NCBI GenBank assembly: GCA_016748015.1
Contig: JAAOMT010000061.1
Location: forward strand, 186,001-250,000
DNA: 64,000 nucleotides
Direction of reading: 5' to 3'
Source of the DNA: Geosiphon pyriformis uo1
Taxonomy: Eukaryota; Fungi; Glomeromycota
In this document: positions 12,401 to 22,524 of the stretch, piece by piece
How positions within the stretch are numbered: the first letter of the stretch is position 1
Layout: every line of letters begins with the position of its first letter
Notes under the pieces: model-generated
The model's input: only the letters and a program-made list of their open reading frames with translations
Told to the model about the DNA's origin: nothing
The model's database searches: none
Made by a program: the position numbers and the translations under genes

Positions 12401-14272
12401 AACAGAAAAAGTCACAGTTAGAGGAGGAGTTGAATGGATTGAGAAAAATTTTGAAAGAAAAGGAGGATAAAAATTATCAACTAGGTAGAGAGCTAGAAGA
12501 CTTGAATCTCAACTTAAAAGAGCTTGAAGAAACAAAGAATATCGCAATTAATCGATCAGAAGAAGAAAAAGAAAAATTGAACAATGAGATCCAAAACTTA
12601 AAAACTAATATAACGGAGCTAGAGGAAAGTACTAATAATGCGGTTCACCATGCTGAAGAAGAAAAGTCTCTCTTGCGGCAGCAGTTGAAAGACTTCCAAG
12701 AAAAGACCAAAGAGCTTGAAGATTCCAGTAAAAGTGCCATTCAACAAGCGAATGAGGAAAAGGCTGCATTGACTGAAGCGCGTAATGCTACCTTGAAAAA
12801 CATTGATGGCATAAAAATACAGCTTCAAGAATTAGCAGCTAAGGCTAGAGAGAATGACCAACTCAAGGAGTCTCTTGAAAGTAAGTCCGCTGAATTGAAA
12901 GAACTATCGGAAAAACTTGAATCTCTACAAATTGCAAGGGATCAACTTACAATTTCAGAAATTGAATGCAAGAACTTTGAGAATGAGTTGGATAGTTATC
13001 GATCCGAAAATAAACAATTCAAGGAATTGATGCTTGCTAACAGCAAAACATCTACCGAGTCTTCCCTACAATTATCCCAAGAGATCATTGATAAATTGGC
13101 TATGTATGAAGAACAGGTGTCTGGTCTTAAGCATATTATACACGAATTAACTCGGGAAAATGTTAAGATAGCGGGTGAGAATAAAAAAATTTTGTCCGAA
13201 CAAGAAAAACTTGCTGAAGCTCACAAGCAAGTTGAAAACGAATGTTTCAAATTAATGGATGAACTTGAACGATTACATAGCGAGTCATTAAGTGGTCAGG
13301 GAATTTTGGTATCTTCGACCATTTCAGAGACATATTCCACAAACTCCAATCCAGAAACTCCCCGTGATGATCCTAGTGCAGAGAATTCAGCAGAGGAAGA
13401 TAACAATTCTTCCCCTGTTGCTCTTACAAACCCAAGTGGAAATCCAATAGCTGATTTGAATCGTTTACAATCGCTGCTAACTGAGAAACAAACTCAGCTG
13501 GATCGAATGTCTTCTCTTCATAATTCAGAAATTCGTGAGTTGCGTCAAAAAGTTAATGAACTAGAAAAATCCAAACAACGTGAGGTCAACACTCTCACGA
13601 AAGATGTAGCTGAATTAGAGTCTTTGGTTGAAAGTAAAATTTTCCGAGAAGCTGATCTGGAGGAGGAAGTTCAACGTGAACGACAAGCTTCCAAACGATT
13701 ACGGGATGAAATTGAAGATCTGAAAGAGCATGTAAGAGAGATGAGGAACATGGTAAATGATGATCTTTCACTCTCACTACATACATCTCTCAGTACTGCC
13801 GCTTCCCCGAATTCACCATCAGTTAGAATGAAAGAAAAAGATGGTGAAATGCATGAAAATGATTCTGCGAAACTCTATTGTGAAATATGTGAAGAAGAAG
13901 GACATGATATAATACATTGCAAAGCAGTTTTTGGGGCTGATTCTAATGCTCTTGGGATTGTTCCTCTGCCAATAGTGGCGAGTAATGGTAATATCAGCGA
14001 GGATAGACCGGTAAGCAGTTGATTTTATGAATTAATCCTTTCATAACCTGTCTGTGCATGTCTATTTCTATTTATTGCTACTTTTTTTCCTCTCGTGGAA
14101 CCTATCTACTACCCATTTGACAGTATAATTTCTTTTAGTTGGATGAGTTTTAATGAAAAATTCTGTTTTTCCCGCTTCACTTACCCTTGAAAAATGATAG
14201 TATTGCGAAAATTGTGAAGAGTACGGACGACACTCGACCGAGGATTGTCCAAATCAAGACGAGACTTTCTAA
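9433..14272 (+). CDS. CLIP-170/Bik1/Tip1-like microtubule plus-end CAP-Gly protein; exons 9433-10232, 10305-14010, 14201-14272
   Basis: CAP-Gly (GTLRYLG...GTWAGIELD...GKNDG + YFTCPPKTGIFV) split by GT-AG intron 10233-10304; long coiled coil; Zn knuckles YCEICEEEGHDIIHC and YCENCEEYGRHSTEDC; C-terminus QDETF*. Confidence 0.92.
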
Positions 14273-14707
14273 AATTCTTTGAGGAAAAATACTCCATGTA
14301 TTACAAAGCGAGATGTGGTTATTAATTATTTTCTGCGATTCATTTTTTACGATAAATTAATTCTTTGATTTCTCATTTGCATAATTACAAATGGGTGAAA
14401 TAATTATGGTGTCTATTTTATATAGAAGCCCCCTTGTGATTATCTGCAAAATTTGTACATTTTTTTTGTTTCTAGATAGATTTTATTTTATTCTATAATT
14501 GTACAGGCTGTGCGAATCCATGCATGTGAAATAAAACTAGAGAAAGATTTTCACAATAGAACTAAATAGTAACCGTAGTAAGGAAAATTGATTAAAACTA
14601 ATTAGAAACTTAAAAAATATCTATTTTATGACCCATTACTAATAATCACGAAATTTGAGTGATGATACAAAAATAGTCTATTCTATAAAGTAAATTAGGT
14701 TTCACGA

Positions 14708-15992
14708 TCATTCTTGTTTGTTATAAGTCCGCGCAATTTGTGGCACAAATCCCAGAAACCATTTAACTTCCCATTCATGTTCTTTTCCAGGTTTATCCAA
14801 CAACACTACTCGGATATACTGATTATAGACCATCCACCAATACGTGCCAAGAGCAGTAAGAATATGCCACCAACCATGGAATTCCAAGAAGTGCGCTAAT
14901 GGCAGTCCAAGGAAATTTCTGGCGGCTATGAGATGTGTGCAAGCGATATTATCCACGTTCCATAAGAAAAATCCAAGAGCAAATAATCCTGCACCACCGA
15001 ACAGTAAGAATTTCAAGTTGGCACGTGTTTGCAAGTTCTCGACGCGTTGAAGTAACAAAACGGATCGTATATGCAGAGCAGATACTAAAAATGCACAAGC
15101 CACTTGGTGAAATACCGGATCTCCGATATAGAGGTAGGCCAAGGTGATAGTGATAGCGTAGATAAACAAACTGAAGGGAAATATAAAACCAAACTTTGGA
15201 CGCTCGTGTATTTCGTAGCTGTGAATGATAATAAATTTAGTAAGTATAGGTCAAAAACCGAAATATCAAGATCTTATGAATTGAACTTACATATTGTACA
15301 AAAGAATGCAAGTGCCGTAAATCACTGATAAAAAAGGAAAAGGTTTGGCATCAAAGAGGAGCTTAGCGATATTAAGGTTGTGACCAACACTTACTTGGCA
15401 ATTCGTCTAATAATTGAAATTCAAACAAAAGAGTCATATGGAAGAACCATGAACCAATTCCGATAGTAGCAATTCCCATGTGAGCAAATATGAATCGTTT
15501 GCCCAAATCATATTTCAAGGTTGTGTAAATTCCAAAAAGCGCCAGGCAAACTAAAAAAAAGGCGCGTTGAAATTTATGTTAAAATAAATAAAGATATTCT
15601 CACTTAGAGCTTGATTATTTACCGAATGTAAGATTTGTCGTCGTGTTTATGAATTCGGCAAAGTATTCATGCACCTTGTAATTTTCCTATTAATTTTCGC
15701 GCGTAATTAGGTTGAATTAAAGATTAGTTACTTCGTATTCTGGAAGATTGATGATTAGACTATAAAAAGAGCAATATATCTTATTGAAGGCCTTCTTACT
15801 TCACACCAATCTAGGGTTGAAGTACTGTAACATAAGGGAAAGTGAGTACCATCATATTTTTGGTCATAAATACTATAATTGTGATTCTTTATTGAGTGAA
15901 AATGAATTAGTAAAAACTTACCCGTGTCCCCAAAAAGGTACATTTTGATCAGAGGTCGCGTTAACTTCAGAGCTAGAGGTTGATTTCGACAT
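14708..15992 (-). CDS. Alkaline ceramidase (ACER3/YPC1/YDC1 family), multi-exon
   Basis: Spliced translation MSKS...FWGHGTSTLDWCEENY...FAEFINTTTN...GIGSWFFHMTL..FQLLDELPM...WNVDN..C...EFHGWWHILT; canonical GT-AG introns. Confidence 0.93.
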
Positions 15993-16438
15993 ATTTAAAG
16001 GGTAATGTTAATTAACAGAAAGAACGAACCAAGGGAAAAAGTCACGATTACCCTAAATTGCTAAATGGATCAATCAATGATTGTCTATTTATTTTTTTGT
16101 CAACTTCTATTTCCCCGCGTAAAAGGCCCTTTCAATAAAAATTTATTTTATTTTGTACTAAAAATAGACTAGAGCCTTTGGTTACAATAGTATCGTGAGA
16201 TTAATCTTCCCGATCAAAGGGCCAATCAGGATTTGTTGCTACATAAGGGAATCTTGCATACATTCTCACACACAAAAGGAGGATATTTAAATTAACAAGA
16301 TTAGACTGGATTTATCACAGGAGTCTCGAGACCTCTTAGGTTAGGAACTTTTCTCCTTTTCACGGATCCTTAATACCTTACTAGCTGCTTAAGTTCATTT
16401 CCACACGATATAATACCTGCTGGTTTCATTTGAGGATA

Positions 16439-17750
16439 ATGGCGGATCTTGTTCCATACTTATTTTGGGAAAAGGTAAGACTTAAAACATCAAAGTGGCC
16501 CTTAATCTTCATTGCTCACTCAAGACTTTTACCTGAAAAAAGCAAGAAGGCCAATTATGTGCTCAACATTGCTTGAATTCTCTTTTACAAGGTACTTAAT
16601 TTTTGTTTCTTTTCTTTGGCAAAAAATGAATGACATTGAGATTTTTATTAATTAGATTAGATTTTCAATAGGCGAACTTTTTACGGCAGTCGATTTGAGC
16701 ATAATTGCTCGTGAATTAGATCAGGCTGAACAAGCCGCTTTGCAAGAAGGTGCGTATCCAGGGGAATTCAAGATTGATCCACAAAATAATATAAGTCAAA
16801 ACATGGATGATTCAGGATTCTTCTCAGTTCAAGTAAATAAATTTTCAATTTGGTTTTATTATCTGTGCACAGTTAATCTAAAATTTAGTATTGATAACAT
16901 ATTAAAGGTTCTGAGTCATGCGCTAAAAGTGTGGAACCTTGGTATTTGATAGATTTTTTCACCTATGAACAGTCTTTGTATTTGTTTATTATCTCAACAC
17001 AATATCTCTTATTCCATTATGACAGAAATTGTCCCTATTGGTTCAATGGAATGCAGAAGTGTAAGAGAATACCCAGAGTGAGTTGGATATTTGCAAACTT
17101 ACTTTTTTTTCTGTTAATGACAAACTCCACTTTCAGGGTTGAAATTGCCTATATATGTAATCTACATCAACACTGGTAAAGCGCATCAAGCATTTGACCT
17201 TTGAATATTACCAATTATTCACGACGACATTTCATAATTAAATTTGTGATTCGATTTTCAAGGTTTACTCTAAGAAAATTTGGTGGACAAGCAACCCGTT
17301 GGTATAACTTGGACTCATTATTAAAAGGTCCTGAGTGGATCAGCGAAACGTATTTAGGAATGTTGATTACTCAATTAGAGAATGATGGTATTTATTAATT
17401 TTTCCAAAAAAAAAAGCAAGATATATATTAATTGAAACCAATTTTTATTCACTATAGGATACAGTATTTTTGTGGTCAAAGGGCTGCTGTCAAGTAGTCA
17501 GGCTGACGTGTATGCTGAAGAACATCCAGAACCTTTCCCTGAGCGGAAGGACAAATCACCTGAGCCAATTGAAGATGATGAATATGAAGATGCAATGGTG
17601 GCGGCGGCAATAGCAGCAAGTTTAGAAAATTTTAGTAAGGAAAATATTGGAAATTCTTTATCTCAAAGTGATCAATCTACTACAATTTCAACTACAATTG
17701 AGCCATCACTGGAAGAATTGAGGACAAAAAGGTTGGCGCGTTTCGGTTGA
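16439..17750 (+). CDS. ATXN3: Ataxin-3-like Josephin-domain deubiquitinase, multi-exon
   Basis: WEK/QEGQLCAQHCLNSLLQ (catalytic Cys), QNMDDSGFFSVQV, ICNLHQHW/FTLRK (His), WYNLDSL, UIM-like DAMVAAAIAASLE, C-terminal EELRTKRLARF. Confidence 0.93.
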
Positions 17751-19339
17751 AACTTGATATCATGACGCCCCTTTTAAATCGAGTTTATAAGGGCAACTAT
17801 TTATTTGAATCTTATTAATCTCGCAGCCGAATATTTTCTTACTTTAAGAATTAAAACTTTGACATGGTAAAATGGATTTTGATTCGATATAGCGCATGAT
17901 GTTATTATAGATACCATAATATTCTTGAAACCTGTTTTGGAATATTCTACCTAATTGGTTTGAACGAGACTCGGGGGATTAAATCGAAATGATCCCATGA
18001 TGGAAGCGTTACATAGCGGGAATTACCCTTTTTTCAAACTCGAATATTCAGGTTTAATGCTCTAAGGAATTAATCAACAGGACATTTATTTCCCACAAGA
18101 TTTTTAATTATCCTTACGGATATTTTATCCAAAAAAAGATAAAGTCTTATGTACTCAAGATTGCAGTTTAAACTTCATCAAAAGAAATTTCATGTTTGTT
18201 TTCTTAAAATGCAGTTTTGTATTTGAATAATTTAAACAATTAGAATATTATCAATTTTGATTGGGAATTATTATCAAGTGTATAAATTTGTTGTATTAAT
18301 AAACGTTAGTATTAAACATTTAAACATTAATTGAGCTTGATTATTTAATTAATTAATAGTGCAAATTTCACGAAGTGAATAGTGATTAAGCATTCCATCC
18401 AATACAAAAATACTTTCGGATTTTTTAATTGTTATTGCAAGCCACATTAGGACATTATCATAAAAAGATTGGAAAAAAGGGACGTAACAGTATTTTATAA
18501 TAAAATTTAGCTTTTCCACTTTAAAGCACATCAAGGTCGTTCAGAATTACAAATTACCTCCTATAAATTTCCAATGACTTGTTTTTTTTAATATATAGAC
18601 ATTTAAAAAATATTAGATTTCAACAAAGAGAGAACTTGTTCCATTCACTGTTCAAGGCAAAAAACCAAACCTTTAGTTCTTGTCAATTAAAAATGGGTTT
18701 AAAATGTTCAGGATTGAAAGATAAAAATTTTTCCTTATTTAGATATTTTCATTCTAAAATTTTATTTTAGTTTATGGAACATTTATCGACAAAAAAATGC
18801 AAAGGCGATTAACCTCACCTAGAGTTGAGATGAAACAACCATTCGAAATGATCATGTTCCTCATATCACCGCCAAAAACCAATTGGGTATAATTGTGATT
18901 GTGGAGATAATAATAATAATAATGCGGTGGAAGAAAATTGAAAATCCAACAACTTTTTAACAGAACATTATCAATTTTACACAAGGCCAAAATTTTTATT
19001 TATTAAACTGATTCAATTATAAAAGAACTATTTAACATGAGTCACCAAATTATTTAATCTTTAGAAAATTATCTTTGTTTTATTTTTTTTAGTATATATT
19101 TTTAAACAATTTTTTTAATACGTACATCATCTAAATTTTTTTCGTTTTGGTTTTTTTTGTCAATTTGTAAAAGATTTAAAAAATGTTTTGATGTATTTTT
19201 ACTTAATAAAATTTGTTTGATAATTGAACACATTAAATATTAAGTTGTTTTTTGATAAAATCACATATAAAGTTTTGAATGCTTTTTTTAAAACACAAAT
19301 TATGTTAAAATTTAAAAATGTTAATGTACAATCTACTTA

Positions 19340-19479
19340 CCCAAAACAGTAATAATATTATTATGATGTATTTTTTTGCTTTACAAATCAAAAATTGCAA
19401 CCACATTTTACATAAAATTTGGCTTGGATATTTTTGGCTTGTTCAAAGTTTAGATCTTAATCCAATCAAAAACCTATGG
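19340..19479 (+). mobile_element. Tc1/mariner-type DDE transposase relic
   Basis: 19435-19479 translates WLVQSLDLNPIKNLW, a transition-decayed WPAQSPDLNPIENLW motif; upstream KSKIATTF resembles the post-D2 HxSK segment. Confidence 0.75.
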
Positions 19480-20140
19480 GTGTGCAAATCCTAGAATCAA
19501 TAGAGATTGCAAGGATGGGAGCTGTCTGCTTGGGTTTCGCAGACTTGTCTTTGCGCAAGAAAACGTGCATTCGTTGGTTTGTCTAGAATACGCAAGTTTG
19601 CCGTCAGATGTAATATTGTGCGGATAGGCTTAGTTTCGAAGTGGAAAGCCCATAGCACGCATTTACCCTTGTTATATGAAGGTTTACCTTGTGTCGATTT
19701 GCATAGACATGGATTGACGAAGTGTAAAGACACGAGAGATAGAAACGATTCCACGATACTGCGAATCATAATAGTGTGATGCAATGACTTACGTGACTGG
19801 AAAGAAAGATATGTGCGGGCTCACCTTGTTGTCGTTGTGTGTTACCTCTAATAATTTCGTCTCGTGCTGTCAGCGCTGATCAAGGGCTTCATTAGTGAGA
19901 TTAGTAGGAGCTGAACCTAAGCAACTTCTTAAGACGGATGGGGGGCTCTACCAAACCAGATAGCCGAAATACCATCAAAAAAGACATTTTTGTTGAAACA
20001 TCATAGGTTTCTTTTCTGTAATGTCATTTTACTTATTTAACCCAACACAACGCCTTTTGTCACATCCCCAATATGGTATTAAAGGAAAATCTTGCAAAGC
20101 CCATCTATTGCTTTAAGAGCTGTGGTAAGGATATACCTTG
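19478..20140 (-). pseudogene. tnpB: TnpB/Fanzor2-like RNA-guided endonuclease, frameshifted and truncated after RuvC-I
   Basis: Collinear motifs across frames: KVYP (20139-20128), QLLKQ*MGFARFSFNTIL (from 20122), APTNLTNEALDQ, LSFQSRKSLHHTIMIR, ITSDGKLAYSRQTNE, VCETQA, AISIDSRICTP (~19510-19478, i.e. ISIDPGIRTP with three transitions). Confidence 0.8.
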
Positions 20141-20199
20141 GCCAGCAACATGGGCTTGAGAATTTCTTCCGAGCGTTGCATGCTGCGGTTGTCTTGGTT

Positions 20200-20660
20200 T
20201 TCGTCTTGCGCTTTTTGCATGTTCTGGTGCTCTCTTCTGTATTTAGCTGCTCGCTGTCCTTGCATTCTGCAGCTAAAGATCTTGTGACAAAAATATCCTG
20301 GGAAAGTTCGTGTTCGTTGGAGGTTTTATCGTCGAAGAGAACAAAGTTTTCCAGAATGAAGATATATTGGAGGAAAGTGGTAGAGACAATATCCACTCCT
20401 TTCCAATAGGGCCTTAAGTTCCGGTCGTTTGAAGTTGACACCTGAGCCGATATCGCTGAGAAGTTGGTAGGTTGGAAATCGAGAAAGGAGAAATCACTTT
20501 TGTCACCCGAGATCCTTTTTGCTTGGCGCTAGAGAAGAAGTGGCGGCGGCGGTGGTAATCTGCCTTTTGGGAAGTTAATTCGAGAAAAAGGAAAGAGAGT
20601 GCCAGTTGGAGATGTCTTAGCGGCGATCTTTCCCTGCTTAAGCCAACAACCTAAGGTTGT
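20200..20660 (-). pseudogene. tnpA: IS607-family TnpA serine recombinase (N-terminal HTH plus resolvase), degenerate
   Basis: TTLGCWLKQGKIAAKTSPTGT (HTH), SSAKQK, FLLSRFPTYQLLSDIGSGVNFKRPELKALLE (DIGSG starts at 20454), EHELSQDI, IFSCRMQGQRAAKYRR (from 20280). Confidence 0.88.
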
Positions 20661-20758
20661 GTACTGTCAAGATAAATACATGGGGTATTTTATTTTCAAG
20701 ATTTTGAATCTAATCTGCGTTACTAAAGTATAAGCACATCTAATCTAGTACATGTAAA

Positions 20759-22117
20759 ATGGAGAAAAATAAGCATGTAACTTTTTCCCTCGAAACAAAG
20801 GAAGATCCATCCAAAGGTTTTTGTGAAGAGATTTCTAGCCTTAAAGAGCCTGTTTTTTTAGAAAAGCAACGGCGGAAAGAAGAAGAAGCTTTGGAAAAGC
20901 AATTCATCGAGGCGATTTCGAACGGTGACTATGAATTGACTAAAACTTTGTTAGATGAAGAAGGCGACGTGTGGTACAGGAATGAGCAAGTATGCTAGAA
21001 TTTTTTCATTCCAACCCCTAAATAGTTCTCAATTTGTATTATTTCTCAAAAAAGGGGGTTAGCCCTTTACATTTTGCTTGCCTCAATGGCCACTTTGAGT
21101 TAGTAACGTTGTTGCTTGAAAATGGTCATGCATGGAATGCAGTTGATCTCAAAGGGGTATCAGCTGCTGAATATGCCAAAAGAAATGGGCATGAAGTCAT
21201 ATATCAGCGTCTTTTGGAGGAAGGCTGTCGGGTAGAACTAATTCTCGGTATTGAGTTTTCCTTTTTATCGTTAATTAATAATTTGGCAAAATTTATCCCT
21301 GTTTTTATTGACCTATGAATTCTCAAAAAGGATATTTTAGGAAAAACGACATTGAAGATGAAGATCCCGAGGCACCAAATCAAGATTATCTGACGAAGCC
21401 TCTTCACTACTCCGAAGATGGCACTCGATTGCTCGACTATGAATGCAATGGAGTTATGATGGGTTGGGAACGACCACTAATGGATAGACATGCCGAGATT
21501 ATTTGCACAAATGAGGGTCTTGATATTCTTAATATTGGATTTGGGCTTGGATTAGTTGATGATGCCATTCAAAGATACAAACCCCGTTCCCATACCATTA
21601 TAGAAGCTCATACCGACGTGTTTAGCCATATGATTGAAAAAGGCTGGGATAAGAAGCCTGGCATAAAAATTATATTTGGGCGATGGCAAGATGTTCTGGA
21701 ACAGCTTGAAACATATGATGGCATCTTTTTTGATACATTTGGAGAATTCTATGATGATCTTCAAGAATTCCATGAGGAATTACCAAACCTCCTACGAGCA
21801 GAAGGAGTTTATTCCTTCTTTAACGGATTGGGTAAACATTTTATTGTTACTGGTCTTTTTTATTATTTTCAATCCATATTAAGTATTAATTCAATACCAA
21901 TGCTTTTTGCCTGAGGAAAATAGGAGCCACTAACCCTTTTTTTCATGATGTGTATTGTCGGATCGCTGAAATGCACTTGTTAGAGGTTGGTATGAGTACT
22001 CAATTCCAAGAGATCTCAATTGATCCTTCCGCCGACGAAATTTGGGAAGGGGTCAAGGGACGATACTGGACATTGGAAACCTATAGGCTGCCAATTTGTC
22101 AATTTTTAAAAGTTTAG
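20759..22117 (+). CDS. RMT2: Protein arginine N-methyltransferase 2 (ankyrin repeats plus class I methyltransferase), 4 exons
   Basis: SPLHFACLNGH...GHAWN ankyrin; GVMMGWERPLM, ILNIGFGLGLVD, HTIIEAH, GRWQDV, YDGIFFDTF, YSFFNGLG/ATN, W..VKGRYWTLETYRLP. Confidence 0.93.
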
Positions 22118-22524
22118 GACTACAATTCGGCTGAAAAATGGATGATACATCTTCTGAATCTAAGTGTTCAATATATTCATTTTTTGATGAATGGAAATTA
22201 TCAAATTTAGAGATCATTTGAATTACTCTGTTCCGCCAAATAATAATTCCCCACTTTTGATTCATATTTTGAATCTTTGAAATAGCTCAACAATTTACAA
22301 TAACATACGTTCAGCCAGCTTTTGGATGAACCTATTCAACTATATAAGTGTATCATTCCTTCACCTTGAGGTGCATTTTGAAACAAATATAATACCCGAA
22401 ATTGAGCAAGACCAAAATTCCGCAAATATCTTGCACGCCTAATCAGAGTAATTGATCTTTACTTGGTAGCTTTGTAAACCAGAGGGAGGGTTAAATATGT
22501 ATTATAGCTCCAATTTAATGCATA

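Noticed and set aside
9656-13786. Short antisense or alternate-frame ORFs overlapping the CLIP-170-like gene (and similar ones over the LINEs)
   Set aside because: Shadow ORFs of real coding sequence with no recognisable motifs.
17900-19000. Short ORFs between ataxin-3 and the Tc1 relic
   Set aside because: No recognisable domain or splice structure; treated as intergenic.
20079-20441. ORF-track protein MSTSNDRNLRPYW... as an independent gene
   Set aside because: It is a frameshift mosaic of IS607 tnpA and overlapping frames; the conserved DIGSG motif lies in another frame.
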